Origin: a virus | Reading direction: 5' to 3' (one strand) | IMG/VR virus record: IMGVR_UViG_3300023179_000011 | Span: 135,846-199,845 of that record | Length of the DNA stretch: 64,000 nt | Part shown: positions 53,710-64,000 of the stretch, in pieces | How positions within the stretch are numbered: position 1 is the stretch's first letter | How the letters are laid out: the number at the start of each line of letters is the position of its first letter | Program-made: the position numbers and the translations under genes | Notes under the pieces: model-generated | Seen by the model: the letters and a program-made list of their open reading frames with translations, nothing else | Told to the model about the DNA's origin: nothing | Database searches by the model: none

Positions 53710-56700
53710 TTACGGTAGCGGATTATCGCCTAAATTGCGCTGCGTAAACGCCTCCGCGCAAGTGATCGGCAGTGGTGACGGAAAATCTATAGGCGTGTCC
53801 AATACTCCGCAATCGCATATTCCATCGTTTGAGAATTTAGTCACAGGGCGCGTTAAGGCTTCATCTGTCACATCAACAAATTCGCCGTCGACGCACATAA
53901 ACAATTTAACTTCTGTGCGGACAGCAAATGTTGGTTCTTTGACGTTAAACGTTATAAATTCTTCGCCGTACTCTGGAAAAGCCGAATTACGGTAAGAAAC
54001 TGTAAATTCACATATTTTACAATCGTCATTGCAGCGTGCCGTTCCAAGAATCCACGCGTATGTTGCGCCCGGAATGGGATGACAATTTTTATAACCGCCA
54101 CCCGGCAGACCTAAAAATACATTTGAAATGTCGATTACTTTGTAAACGTAACCTTGGCCAATAGCCGGGGGGCAGCGCTGAGATAAATCGAGAAGACCTA
54201 CGCACGTTTCTTCTACGCCGTCGTCGTCCCCATCCCAACAGATCTGACCAATACCACATGACGGACCAGAACACGAACTTTTTCGTATAGATTTGGTGAC
54301 AACACAATTTGTGCAATTTGCGTTACTTTTTTCGCATTTTGGATTTGTTGTACAGGGCGACCACGTATAAGTCGCTGGGATTGTTGGGCAGTTGCCGCAC
54401 TTGAAACCGTTTTTGCCGCAACAATCAGACTGCGTGGCGCATGTTTCTGTCCCGGTGGCAATTTCTTTGCACACGCCTTTGCATGGGTCGCACTTTGTAT
54501 TAAACGGTACGAGTTCGCACGCGGCGGTGTTGTCTTCGTATTCTTGGCAGCACGGTTTATTGCCGCAATTAATTGAATCACAAGTTTCAAACGGTTGCCA
54601 GCCCGTTTGTCGATCTGGCGGATCTAGTTTTGCTGCTGCAAGGCAATCTTCGTAGTTGGTGCCGATACATTCGCCGTTTATGATATTTCCACCGCCGTCA
54701 AACGTTAATTGGCAGCACGCCCCGCACTTTGTGCCGTCAGCGCATTGCGAACTCCATGAATTCTTGCCTTCGCCGCAACCCTTGCCGCCGTCGTTACCGC
54801 AGCAGTTTTGTTTTGTCTCGCAGCGTTTAGCGCCGGTTGTATCTGTGCAGATTCCGTGACAGGGGTTGCAGTCATCATTAAAGTCGATATCCGCGCATGT
54901 GACGCCAAGACACTGCGAGTCTTGGCAGCATTTCTTCGTTGCGCATTTAACCGTTGTACATGTTTCAAACGGGTGCCACGTGGCAGCGAAAAAAGGCGGA
55001 TTATTCTGCGCTGTACATTCAGCCTGTGTAACGTTTGAACAGTTGGCTGCTACAACAACGCCTTCTTCATACTCTACAACGCAGCACACACCGCACTTTG
55101 AGCCATCTGCGCAGTCGGAACTCCACGTGTGCGTCTGATCCTGTCCGCACACGGCGCCGCATTTGCCGCCATCAGATCCGCAGCACGCCTCTTTAGACGA
55201 GCATGATTTTTTGTCGGCTTCGATGTCGGTGCAGATGCCTTTGCAGGGGTCACATTCTTTATTGAAATCAATATCAACACAGCCAATTTTTTTCGCGCAA
55301 TCTTCACCGCAACATTTTTTTGTTGCGCATTTAATTGAGCTACAAGTTTCAAACTCGCGCCACGACGTTACTGTGCCCGGCGGATCGTTCGCTTCGGTAC
55401 ACGACTTGCTTGTACCTTTGGCGCAATTTGCGTTAGTTAATTTTCCGTCTTCGTCGTAGCTCAACGTGCAGCATACGCCGCACTTGGCGCCGTCACCGCA
55501 GGCGCCGCTCCAGCTGTGTGTCGCGACTTTTTCGCAGGCGCCGCATTTTTGTCCGTCTTCGCCGCAACAGGCTTGTTTTGTTTTGCAAGACGTTTTACCC
55601 GTCGCGATCTCTGTGCAAACGCTGCTACATGGATCACACGTTTTGTTGAAATCAATTTGTATGCAGGTAAATACGTCACTGCCCGGGCATTTTGGTCCGC
55701 AACACGTTTTTGTAGCGCATTTTACAGATTCACATGTTTCAAACGCTCTCCAACTAGCGACAATGTTATCGCCGTTATCTAAAGCTAAACACGCATCTTT
55801 TGCTATTTTTTGGCAGTCGGCTGATTTTATTTCTCCGTCATCGTCTAATACTATTTTGCAACAGACGCCGCACGCATTTGCGTCTGCGCATGCGGCTGAC
55901 CACGACTTAGTTGCCGGACCGCCGCCGCAATCTTTTTGATCTTCACAAGATTTGCCGTCGCCCCCGCAGCAATCTTGTTTTGTTTTGCAGGTTTTTTCGC
56001 CGCTCGCAACGTCCGTACAAAGCCCTTTGCACGGATCGCATTTTTTATTGAAATCTACTTCTACGCACGCGTCTTCGCCCGCGCAGTTTTTATCGCAGCA
56101 TTGTTTAGTCGCGCATTTTGCGGATTCACATGTGGCGTTGTCAACCCACTTGTACGTGACGTTCGGCACTTGGCCGACTGCCTGACACTCCTGTTTAGTG
56201 TTTTTAATGCACTCTGCTGAAATTGTTTTTTCGCCGTCGGTGGTAACCTTGCAGCAGACACCGCATTTTTCGCCACTACCGCACGGCCCGGCCCAACCGG
56301 CTTTTTTAGGTATTTTTGTTCCGTCGCTTTTTGTGCACTCTTCGCAGTCGTAGTTATTGTTGCCGCAACACTCGGCTTTTGTTTTGCACGTAATTTCACC
56401 GGGATTTCCAGCCGCGTCATATGCCGTACATAACCCCGCGCACTCGTCACAATCTTTGTTGAAATCAACGTCAATGCAGGCGTTCTTCCCTGTGCACTCG
56501 TCTACATCACAGCACTTCTTTGTTGCACATCGCGCGTTTTCACAATTTGTAAACGGTTTCCATGTCCAAAACACATTTGCGTTTACATTGCCGGCTTCGT
56601 TAGCGCACTGATCTTGATCTAACTCTTTGCACTCAACTTTGATAGTTTTGCCGTTGGTATCCGTTGTCACGCCGCAACAGACGCCGCATTTATCCGCGTC

Positions 56701-58926
56701 AGCGCACGAAGCGTCCCACGAGAATTTTGCGTGATCGCCGGGATTGCACGGTTCACATTTTTTACCGTCAGCTCCGCAACAGTCGTCTTTTGTTTTGCAT
56801 TGGACGTCTGTTTCGTTTCCGTCTTCGTCGTATTCGGTGCACAAACCTTTGCATTGATCACATTCTTGATCGTAGTCAACGTCGATGCACTGAGACTTGC
56901 CGCATGATGTTTCTTTGCAGCATTTTTTAGGCCGGCAAATTACAGAGTCGCATGTTTCGTATTGACGCCAAACGCCGGCTTTGTTTGGATCTTCGTTTAT
57001 TTCGGCGCATTCTTTGTACGTGATCTCTTGGCACGAGGAATCTACAATTTTTCCGTCTTTATAAGTGAGTTCGCAGCATACACCACATTTTTCGTTTACG
57101 TCGGCAATGTTTGTGCAGATCGGCGACCAGCTGTGTGTTTTACAATCAGCAGGGCCGCTGCACTTTTGATCGTCATCGCCACAGCACGACGTTTTGGTAG
57201 CGCATGATTCGTCGTTTGTTTCAAGCTCAACACACCGACCGGCGCACTCGTCACAGTCGTCTTCAAAATCAACAGTTTTGCAACCTATTTTGCCGGTTTC
57301 CTCACAAATTATTCCGCAGCATTGTTTTGTTGCGCACTTTGTGCTCTCGCACGTTTCGAATGCGCGCCAACTCGCTACGATGTTGTCGCCGTTATCTTGC
57401 GCTTCGCATTCTGTTTTTGTGGTGTCGGATTGGCACTCGGTGTCCTCTACGCCGGTACCATCTTCTTTTAAAGTGATGATGCAACACACGCCGCATTTTT
57501 CGGCGTCGGCGCACGCAGAACTCCAAGAAAATTCTGCCACGTTTCCTTCTTTGCACGGGTCACTTTGACATTTTTTTCCGTCTTCTCCGCAACAATCTTG
57601 TTTTGTTGCGCAACGTTTTTCGTTGTCTGCGTTTTTAACACAAAATCCGCGGCATTTATCCTCGCATTTGTCTTTACTAACTTTAACGCAAACAACCTGT
57701 TTTGATTCTTCGCATTCAACCTCGCGACAACAATTTACACCGTCGCAAAAAGAGCAGGTCTCGAATGGAAACCACGCACCTTTGCTTTTGCCCATCGGGG
57801 TTTTTAAATTTTCACATTCGTCTCGTGTCTTCGGACCTTCATCACACTCTTTGCCGATTTCTTTGGTTTCATCTTCGTTGTAAACGGTTGCGCAGCAAAT
57901 TCCGCATTCATCCGGATTGCTTCCGCAGCTAGCCTTTTCCCACAAAAATTTTGCGCCTTCTGGACATAGAATATTGATACATTTTTCTTCGCCTTCTCCG
58001 CAGCAATCTTGTTTTGTTTTACAGCTGGACTGCGGGCATTTATTGTTAACGTCTTGACCTTTTGGGGGGCGGCTAAAAGATAAGTCTGTGCATACGCCAA
58101 TACACGAATCGCACGTTGCCTTGTCGCCGTGCCGGCAGGCGGCCCGCTTTTCGTCGCCTAATTCGAGTTCGTAGCAGCAGACGGGATTGCAAACATCTTC
58201 GTTGTCTGTATTAGCGTGCCATACTCCGCCAACACCCGCCCCATCTCCCTCCGCCGTTTCGCACGTTTCTTTGGTAATAGGGTCGCCATTTGCGTCCTCC
58301 TTCCGCGCCCGACCATTGCGGCAGCAGATTCCACAATTAGTGCAACTAATTGCCTCCCATGCTTGCGGAATAGTATGTTTGGGTTCTTCGCCTTCTTCAC
58401 CGTTTTTGCAATGCGCAATGCAGCGTGAATTGTCGTCGCGGCAACACTGCGTTATTGTGTCGCAATTTACATCTCGATCGTCAGTTATTTCTTCGCCATT
58501 TTCGTCGTAAGCGAATGTTGTGCATTTACCAGCACAGCGATCGCAGTCTTCTGGCTCTGGATAACAACGAACTTGCTGGCAATCTTTTACTTTTTTGCAG
58601 CAAGGTTTATCGCCGCAACAGCATTTGTCGGGATCTTGCTGCGGCGAACGAGATAAACCGCCACCAACTTTAACAAGCTTTCCGCCTTGAACAATGAATA
58701 CTGGGTCGCTGTCTTCGCAGTCTACGCAGCACTCAGCAACGCGACCATACGGTACGTTTATCGTGTTTCCATTTAGGAGCGTAATTGTTTTATTTTTTGT
58801 GCAGTCAGCGGCACTAATTTTGCCGACGTCGTTTTCGCCGATAGGTACGCACGCGTTCCCGCCTTTAACGGGAAATCCGTCATTGCCGTAAAGATAAATA
58901 CAACAGACTTGTGAGCCGGCGGGCAT
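53710..58926 (-). CDS. 1738-aa cysteine-rich tandem-repeat protein
   Basis: Ten CG(V/I/A)CC-containing units plus a partial eleventh, each ~125-135 aa; 20 Cys counted in one unit. Confidence 0.85.
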   Translation of the reverse strand: MPAGSQVCCIYLYGNDGFPVKGGNACVPIGENDVGKISAADCTKNKTITLLNGNTINVPYGRVAECCVDCEDSDPVFIVQGGKLVKVGGGLSRSPQQDPDKCCCGDKPCCKKVKDCQQVRCYPEPEDCDRCAGKCTTFAYDENGEEITDDRDVNCDTITQCCRDDNSRCIAHCKNGEEGEEPKHTIPQAWEAISCTNCGICCRNGRARKEDANGDPITKETCETAEGDGAGVGGVWHANTDNEDVCNPVCCYELELGDEKRAACRHGDKATCDSCIGVCTDLSFSRPPKGQDVNNKCPQSSCKTKQDCCGEGEEKCINILCPEGAKFLWEKASCGSNPDECGICCATVYNEDETKEIGKECDEGPKTRDECENLKTPMGKSKGAWFPFETCSFCDGVNCCREVECEESKQVVCVKVSKDKCEDKCRGFCVKNADNEKRCATKQDCCGEDGKKCQSDPCKEGNVAEFSWSSACADAEKCGVCCIITLKEDGTGVEDTECQSDTTKTECEAQDNGDNIVASWRAFETCESTKCATKQCCGIICEETGKIGCKTVDFEDDCDECAGRCVELETNDESCATKTSCCGDDDQKCSGPADCKTHSWSPICTNIADVNEKCGVCCELTYKDGKIVDSSCQEITYKECAEINEDPNKAGVWRQYETCDSVICRPKKCCKETSCGKSQCIDVDYDQECDQCKGLCTEYDEDGNETDVQCKTKDDCCGADGKKCEPCNPGDHAKFSWDASCADADKCGVCCGVTTDTNGKTIKVECKELDQDQCANEAGNVNANVFWTWKPFTNCENARCATKKCCDVDECTGKNACIDVDFNKDCDECAGLCTAYDAAGNPGEITCKTKAECCGNNNYDCEECTKSDGTKIPKKAGWAGPCGSGEKCGVCCKVTTDGEKTISAECIKNTKQECQAVGQVPNVTYKWVDNATCESAKCATKQCCDKNCAGEDACVEVDFNKKCDPCKGLCTDVASGEKTCKTKQDCCGGDGKSCEDQKDCGGGPATKSWSAACADANACGVCCKIVLDDDGEIKSADCQKIAKDACLALDNGDNIVASWRAFETCESVKCATKTCCGPKCPGSDVFTCIQIDFNKTCDPCSSVCTEIATGKTSCKTKQACCGEDGQKCGACEKVATHSWSGACGDGAKCGVCCTLSYDEDGKLTNANCAKGTSKSCTEANDPPGTVTSWREFETCSSIKCATKKCCGEDCAKKIGCVDIDFNKECDPCKGICTDIEADKKSCSSKEACCGSDGGKCGAVCGQDQTHTWSSDCADGSKCGVCCVVEYEEGVVVAANCSNVTQAECTAQNNPPFFAATWHPFETCTTVKCATKKCCQDSQCLGVTCADIDFNDDCNPCHGICTDTTGAKRCETKQNCCGNDGGKGCGEGKNSWSSQCADGTKCGACCQLTFDGGGNIINGECIGTNYEDCLAAAKLDPPDRQTGWQPFETCDSINCGNKPCCQEYEDNTAACELVPFNTKCDPCKGVCKEIATGTETCATQSDCCGKNGFKCGNCPTIPATYTWSPCTTNPKCEKSNANCTNCVVTKSIRKSSCSGPSCGIGQICWDGDDDGVEETCVGLLDLSQRCPPAIGQGYVYKVIDISNVFLGLPGGGYKNCHPIPGATYAWILGTARCNDDCKICEFTVSYRNSAFPEYGEEFITFNVKEPTFAVRTEVKLFMCVDGEFVDVTDEALTRPVTKFSNDGICDCGVLDTPIDFPSPLPITCAEAFTQRNLGDNPLP

Positions 58927-58932
58927 GATAGC

Positions 58933-61263
58933 TTAAATATAAAAGCCCGTGATAATCACTGTGGCGGAATAGTTATCATAACGCGTGCCGGGAGCGGTTA
59001 CCCGCAACACAACGTTTTTGATTCCGTTAACAGTGTTCGTAAGCGCGGCCGCCGAGTAAAGGCACAATACACCGCCGGGGGTGTTTAAATTTGAATCGAT
59101 TTCGACAGGTGCCGGCATAAGATTTTGATTGTCTGTTGCGTTATAGACAACAATTGTTGGTGCGGTTAAAGAAGATCCGCCAACAGTGGTTTGCGCTGCT
59201 TCGCACAAAACGAACACAGACGTCAACACAAATGTGCCGCCAGCTGTCGTAAATAACAGTGTGTCTGCTGCGGCGACTCCGGCTGTTTGTAACGACACGT
59301 TTGATAATTTTTTAGTAACAAGTGCGCTTAGTGTTGCACTATATGCTTGTACGTCAACGCCAATGACTAGTTGTGGCCCTGTCGCGCCACGAGGGCCAGT
59401 AGAACCTGTTGAGCCGGTTGGTCCGGCCAGCCCTTGCGCCCCTGTTGCTCCACGCGGACCTGTTGCGCCTGTTTGCCCGCGCGGCCCTGTAGCGCCTGTA
59501 GGGCCGTTAATACCAATATCGCCCGCTGAGCCAACCGGTCCGGTTGCGCCAACGTCACCTGCAGGTCCGGTTGCGCCGGTAGGTCCAATCGGGCCCGTTG
59601 CGCCTTGCGGGCCCGTTACACCCATAAGGCCAGAAATACCCGATACGCCAGTCGCGCCTAGTGGACCGCTTGGACCTGTTGGGCCAGACGCGCCAACAAC
59701 ACCGGTGGCTCCTGTTATTCCTGTCGCGCCAGTTGCGCCAACAGATCCAGTTGCACCAGTTAAACCAGTTAAACCGGTCGCGCCAAGTGCGCCGGTAGCG
59801 CCTTGTATTCCAGTTGGGCCTGTAACGCCGGTCGCTCCGCTGGGGCCGGTATCGCCCGCGGGCCCAACTAAAACGCCAATGTTTCTCCATGTTGTACCGG
59901 TCCAATATAAACCGGTACCGACTATTGCGTTTAAAGGCAGCTCTGAAGACGTAAGCGCGCCATAACCAACAATCCAAATATCTCCAATTTGCGCTGTTCC
60001 TGTTGGCGGCCACACATCAGAAGTGCCGCGCATAACAATACTGACACCAGTGGCTCCGGTTGCGCCGCGCAAACCAGTGGCACCGGAAAAACCAGTTGCG
60101 CCCGTTTGCCCAATCAGGCCCGCCACGCCCGTAGCGCCGGTTGGACCAGCAGGGCCTGTCGCGCCGTTAACACCTGTGGCGCCTTGTGACCCGGTTAAAC
60201 CAGTTGCACCTGTCGGACCGGCTATTCCGGTAGAGCCAACGGGACCTGTTACGCCTGTCTGGCCTGTTATGCCTGTTGCGCCTGTTGAGCCTACGGGGCC
60301 TGTGGCGCCAGTAACGCCATCGCTGCCTGTTGTTCCGGGAATACCTTGCGCCCCGGTAGCGCCAGTCGCGCCAGTATCGCCATTTAAACCCGCGACACCA
60401 GTTGCGCCTACAACGCCTGTTGCGCCTACAACGCCTGTTGCGCCTGTTGGGCCAGCTGAGCCGGTGGCGCCTGAAACGCCCGCAACCCCGCTAGCCCCCA
60501 TAACGCCTGTGGGTCCGGCTATACCTGTCGGCCCTGTGGATCCTTGAACACCTTGCGACCCTGCGGGTCCTGAAATACCCTGTACGCCCTGTGGACCTTG
60601 TTGTCCAGCAGGGCCTTGTAAACCTTGCGGACCGGCAACTCCCGTTGCTCCTGTTGCGCCTGTTATACCCGCAGGACCTGTTGCGCCATCAATCCCCGTA
60701 GCGCCTGTCGGCCCAGCAATTCCTGTTGCGCCTGTAGCGCCAGACGCGCCAGCCGGGCCAACACCGCCTGTCAAACCAGTTGGACCTGCGATACCTGTAG
60801 CGCCAGCAAAACCGCGAGGACCAGTCGCGCCAGTTGAACCGACAGGCCCAGTAGAGCCAGTAACACCTTGTGCGCCACTCACGCCAGTCGCGCCTGTTAT
60901 ACCGGGAACGCCGGCTACTCCAGTAGCGCCTGTAGCGCCAGATAAACCAGTTGGGCCTGCGGCCCCGACTGGCCCTGTTGGCCCGGTTAAACCCGTCGCG
61001 CCGGTCGTGCCTTGATATCCCTGCAGCCCAGTAGCGCCGGTAACGCCAATAATTCCTGACGCACCAGTAGCGCCACGAGAGCCGGTTGGACCCATGGCCC
61101 CAACAACGCCAGTGGCTCCGCGCGGTCCTGTTGCGCCAGTTGGGCCAATCGACCCTTCTGTTGCGCGCAGCACCGGAAATAGCGCGCCAGTTATTTTTTT
61201 TTCAGCGCTAGACGTTTCTGAATTTTGATTAGCGTCGAAATTAGTTGAGCGCTTGTCGGTCAT
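58933..61263 (-). CDS. Collagen-like (Gly-X-Y) fibre protein
   Basis: Two long GAT/GPT/GVT tracts separated by a short globular insert; C-terminal beta domain. Confidence 0.9.
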   Translation of the reverse strand: MTDKRSTNFDANQNSETSSAEKKITGALFPVLRATEGSIGPTGATGPRGATGVVGAMGPTGSRGATGASGIIGVTGATGLQGYQGTTGATGLTGPTGPVGAAGPTGLSGATGATGVAGVPGITGATGVSGAQGVTGSTGPVGSTGATGPRGFAGATGIAGPTGLTGGVGPAGASGATGATGIAGPTGATGIDGATGPAGITGATGATGVAGPQGLQGPAGQQGPQGVQGISGPAGSQGVQGSTGPTGIAGPTGVMGASGVAGVSGATGSAGPTGATGVVGATGVVGATGVAGLNGDTGATGATGAQGIPGTTGSDGVTGATGPVGSTGATGITGQTGVTGPVGSTGIAGPTGATGLTGSQGATGVNGATGPAGPTGATGVAGLIGQTGATGFSGATGLRGATGATGVSIVMRGTSDVWPPTGTAQIGDIWIVGYGALTSSELPLNAIVGTGLYWTGTTWRNIGVLVGPAGDTGPSGATGVTGPTGIQGATGALGATGLTGLTGATGSVGATGATGITGATGVVGASGPTGPSGPLGATGVSGISGLMGVTGPQGATGPIGPTGATGPAGDVGATGPVGSAGDIGINGPTGATGPRGQTGATGPRGATGAQGLAGPTGSTGSTGPRGATGPQLVIGVDVQAYSATLSALVTKKLSNVSLQTAGVAAADTLLFTTAGGTFVLTSVFVLCEAAQTTVGGSSLTAPTIVVYNATDNQNLMPAPVEIDSNLNTPGGVLCLYSAAALTNTVNGIKNVVLRVTAPGTRYDNYSATVIITGFYI

Positions 61264-61309
61264 TGTGCTATCCCTGCGGGCATGTATCCTGCCCTATAAA
61301 ATAGCATAT

Positions 61310-61561
61310 TCAGAGCCGCAGGTCGCTGTCGTCAAAAGTATCTTCTAGGCGATCTAACAGCCGTGACAAACGATGGCGGCTTGGGTAATACCGCCGCTGC
61401 TTGTTTAAAATTCGCGAGTATTTTGTCGTGTGATATCGGCGATACCGCAGACGTAAGCGCCGCGGGTTTAAAGCTTTGCGCCAGTGATATGCGCGAGCAG
61501 CTGAGTAGCCCGTTGCGCCGAATACAACCCCAAAAAAGAAACAGGCGACAAGCGCAACCAT
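61310..61561 (-). CDS. Small membrane-anchored basic protein
   Basis: N-terminal TM helix, Arg-rich. Confidence 0.55.
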   Translation of the reverse strand: MVALVACFFFGVVFGATGYSAARAYHWRKALNPRRLRLRYRRYHTTKYSRILNKQRRYYPSRHRLSRLLDRLEDTFDDSDLRL

Positions 61562-61583
61562 TTTATCCTCACGTTAAACGGCA

Positions 61584-61727
61584 TTAGCGTGAAACATGCG
61601 CCATGCCAATATTTCCAATAGCAAAACCCAGAAACGTAACAGCCAACCAATAGTTGCCGCGCCACAAATGCTCCCCGGCAACGTACAGATACACGACCGC
61701 GATGCTAAGTGTTAACCAGCTACCCAT
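61584..61727 (-). CDS. 47-aa two-TM peptide (not in the ORF track)
   Basis: MGSWLTLSIAVVYLYVAGEHLWRGNYWLAVTFLGFAIGNIGMAHVSR. Confidence 0.6.
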   Translation of the reverse strand: MGSWLTLSIAVVYLYVAGEHLWRGNYWLAVTFLGFAIGNIGMAHVSR

Positions 61728-61737
61728 AATTTAGATA

Positions 61738-61780
61738 AAAAAAGACCCGCCGAGTGAGCATCGTTGAGAGGCCCGGCGGG
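61738..61780 (-). terminator. Probable intrinsic terminator
   Basis: CCCGCCG/CGGCGGG stem, then a T-run on the minus strand. Confidence 0.5.
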
Positions 61781-61804
61781 CGTGCTGCACGCGATAAATT
61801 TTGA

Positions 61805-61966
61805 TCAAGTTGTCGGGGAGATGGGCGGCACCGGAAGCGGCGTCACGACCGTTTTCGGTTTCACTGTGATCGTGCCGTCGTCGTGGTACGTGACGTCAAG
61901 CCCGGCTGCGGTGCAAAGTATTCCAGCAGCGCAAAAAACAGCAACAGCAATCAAAAACCAAGTCAT
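61805..61966 (-). CDS. 53-aa membrane peptide (not in the ORF track)
   Basis: MTWFLIAVAVFCAAGILC... Confidence 0.55.
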   Translation of the reverse strand: MTWFLIAVAVFCAAGILCTAAGLDVTYHDDGTITVKPKTVVTPLPVPPISPTT

Positions 61967-61974
61967 AACGCGCC

Positions 61975-62241
61975 CTATTTTCTCGCATTTTGCTCAAACG
62001 GAAATCTGGCTTTTGCGCCAATTGCTGCGCCAATGCTGCCGCCAATTACCACTATCCACGGCAACGATTCCACGTACCACCGCACGGTTAGATAGCCATA
62101 TTCGTGATCGCGCGCCATTGTTTTTTCTAAGCGTGGAACATGTAACATGATATCAATTTCAGTGCCGATAATTGAGACCGCGATCCACGCGCCAAGCGCC
62201 GCGCCAGCAGCCGCCCGAAGAGTGGTCATAATCGCGGTCAT
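61975..62241 (-). CDS. Small two-TM protein
   Basis: 88 aa with two hydrophobic helices. Confidence 0.6.
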   Translation of the reverse strand: MTAIMTTLRAAAGAALGAWIAVSIIGTEIDIMLHVPRLEKTMARDHEYGYLTVRWYVESLPWIVVIGGSIGAAIGAKARFPFEQNARK

Positions 62242-62278
62242 TTTGAGTTAAGGCTTTACATAAGGTGTGGAGCGCAAC

Positions 62279-62566
62279 TCAGACCAGCGGCGTTACCGCC
62301 GGAAACATCGCAAGCCATTGCGGCTCGTTCAATTCCTGACCCGCACCGCTTGCAAGCAGGCCGTCGATGGCCGACTTGTACGGCTCACGCTCACAATGCT
62401 CTGCTCTCACAGCCACGAGCACGCCACCGGACGAGGAGCGCGGTGCATCTGCCGCCGGGCGCAGGCACGTTTCGCCGGCTGGCATGCCGACAGCGGCATC
62501 GACGTTGAGCCGCGTGGCCTCGTACGCAGTGGCATCGACCAGAAAGAAGCGATTCACAGCGCCCAC
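62279..62566 (-). CDS. Hypothetical tail-associated protein
   Basis: Directly follows the lectin-like gene with overlap. Confidence 0.6.
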   Translation of the reverse strand: MGAVNRFFLVDATAYEATRLNVDAAVGMPAGETCLRPAADAPRSSSGGVLVAVRAEHCEREPYKSAIDGLLASGAGQELNEPQWLAMFPAVTPLV

Positions 62567-63357
62567 TTTCCGTAGAGGTAGTTATTGACCGTAGTCATCT
62601 GGGCATCAGTCATGGCGAAATTGTAGATGAGAATTTCGGCCATGATGCCTGGGAACAGGTCGCCCGTGGCGCTAGGTGTCCCAGTCCCACGGGCACCAAT
62701 ACCGACAGCCGCACTCGTGTTGTTCAGCGTGCCACCTACGACAGACGTGTTGCCAGCGGACGATTTGTTGACGAACGCAAAGCCAGCGCCTGCCACTGCG
62801 CGACGTGCTGCAACCAGAGCCCATGCATTCTGTGTGACTGAGACTGTTGCCGGCACGTTGCTGAATGTGCTGCCGCTAGCGATGCCAGTCGACCAAAATG
62901 GCGACAGGCCGCCGTTCACGACAAGCTCATAGGAAGTGCCGGCGGCAGACAGATAGTCGCCTTTATTCAGGATTGCCGGGAACCGCACGCTGCCGGTCGT
63001 GTACGTTCCGATCCTGACAACGGCGAAAAACGTGAAGGCGTCGAGGTCCAGCGAGTTGGCGTCAGGAATCCGCAGGAAGTCGCTCGTGCCGTCGAACTCC
63101 AAAACTGATTTGCCTGCCTTGTTGTTTTCACGCAGGAGCGGCCGGTCGTTTGCCGTAGATTGCGTGGCGCTGTTGCCGTTGCCGCTCTTGTCTGCCCAGC
63201 GGGCCACGCCACCGTTCGCGCTGACCGTGCTGCCGCCGGTCGTGGCATCGAACAGCGTGCTGCGGTCGGAGGCATCCAGCCACGCCACCAGACCGCCAAG
63301 TGTGCGCGGGTCCAGAATCGCAGAGCGGGGCCGCAGCAATCGGGCGTTCATCGGCAT
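62554..63357 (-). CDS. LamG/concanavalin-like tail-associated protein
   Basis: LVAWLDASD...W.DKSGNG..ATQ...RP; ends MAEILIYN...YLYGKW. Confidence 0.8.
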   Translation of the reverse strand: MPMNARLLRPRSAILDPRTLGGLVAWLDASDRSTLFDATTGGSTVSANGGVARWADKSGNGNSATQSTANDRPLLRENNKAGKSVLEFDGTSDFLRIPDANSLDLDAFTFFAVVRIGTYTTGSVRFPAILNKGDYLSAAGTSYELVVNGGLSPFWSTGIASGSTFSNVPATVSVTQNAWALVAARRAVAGAGFAFVNKSSAGNTSVVGGTLNNTSAAVGIGARGTGTPSATGDLFPGIMAEILIYNFAMTDAQMTTVNNYLYGKWAL

Positions 63358-63386
63358 GGGAGGTGCGCTCTTGTGGTGATGTATGG

Positions 63387-64000
63387 TCAGACAACGCGCC
63401 AGCGTGAGTCGGTCGCGTCGTACACGATCAGGGCAGCGCCACCGTTGGCGTCCATCACGTAATCACCAGCCCATGGCACGATGAACCTGTTGGCTGCGGC
63501 GCTGCTGGTGCTCTGGTGTTTCAGCGTGATTGCAAACGATCCGACATTGATGAGCAACTCCGCTTGGCCGCTCGCCCCGGCCGCGATGCCGGTGATGTTT
63601 CGCGCTGCACTGCTACTCAGGCGAATGATGTCCGCTGTCGCCGGAAGGGTATAGTCATTCTGGTCCGCCGACAAAGACGTTGGCGTTGACACCACGTTGA
63701 CAGACGGCGTGATCTGCTGCCAGTTTGATGTGTTGAAAGTAGAGCCGCTTGTCCCGGCCGCACTTCGCCTGTACGCAACGCCCAGATACGAAACGAGTGC
63801 GCCTTTTGCATACGCAGTGCTTGGTTGCCACTCAGCAATCGCCGCCCAGTTGAGCGAGGACGTTGACAGGCCGGCGGGGTCGATCTTCGCATCCGTCACG
63901 CTGCCATCGGTTGGCGTGCGGGTGTCGCTCAACCGGCTGTCGTTACCCTGGCAGGCCGTGCCACTGGTCGTGCCGTATGTGACGCTGACCGCGCCAGACG
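63387..64000 (-). CDS. C-terminal part of a tail-fibre-like protein (open to the right edge)
   Basis: Frame stays open past 63932 (ACQGNDSRLSD); WQPSTAYAKGALVSYLG is a CBM5/12-like motif. Confidence 0.75.
   Translation of the reverse strand, partial: SGAVSVTYGTTSGTACQGNDSRLSDTRTPTDGSVTDAKIDPAGLSTSSLNWAAIAEWQPSTAYAKGALVSYLGVAYRRSAAGTSGSTFNTSNWQQITPSVNVVSTPTSLSADQNDYTLPATADIIRLSSSAARNITGIAAGASGQAELLINVGSFAITLKHQSTSSAAANRFIVPWAGDYVMDANGGAALIVYDATDSRWRVV

Noticed and set aside
59186-60547. Pro-rich PVAP-repeat plus-strand ORFs
   Set aside because: Reverse-complement reading of the collagen Gly-X-Y codons.
53710-61263. CRISPR array or DGR suggested by repetitive DNA
   Set aside because: Repeats are degenerate in-frame coding repeats. 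No constant repeat-spacer pattern, cas genes or reverse transcriptase.
1-64000. Stop-codon reassignment
   Set aside because: Recognisable genes are intact under the standard code, TAA, TAG and TGA all end genes, and there is no CUA or UCA suppressor tRNA.

Overview
This is 64 kb of a large tailed-phage (jumbo-phage-like) genome. Almost every credible gene is on the minus strand; the one clear exception is an exported thioredoxin at 38290-38619. From left to right: (i) a fused beta + N-terminal beta' multisubunit RNA polymerase, followed by a block of Gly/Ala-rich, probably virion-associated proteins. These share a recurring (Y/M)EFG...K-x-A motif, and several carry enzyme domains (2H phosphoesterase, HD, SNF2 helicase, Zn peptidase) between such motifs. 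(ii) Proteases (papain-like, matrixin with a PG-binding domain, trypsin-like), holin-like membrane proteins, an actin-family ATPase and auxiliary genes (dCMP deaminase, ferritin-like, methyltransferase, PhoH, AlkB, HNH, GIY-YIG). (iii) At 34.9-43.0 kb, an array of promoter-gene-terminator units. It has six copies of a bipartite promoter CTAAATA-N17-ATAT, and the units are bounded by a GCGCTRATAGCTAAA motif in inverted orientation. (iv) An RNA-rich region with a tmRNA, five tRNAs (a sixth, tRNA-Asn, is at 14 kb), two related non-canonical tRNA-like RNAs and a ~350-nt candidate structured RNA; a second ~220-nt candidate lies at 14.6 kb. (v) A glycosyltransferase, thymidine kinase, a 1738-aa cysteine-repeat protein, a collagen-like fibre and tail-fibre genes. 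All family assignments come from motif recognition by eye; no searches or folding programs were run. A Planctomycetota host is a weak inference.
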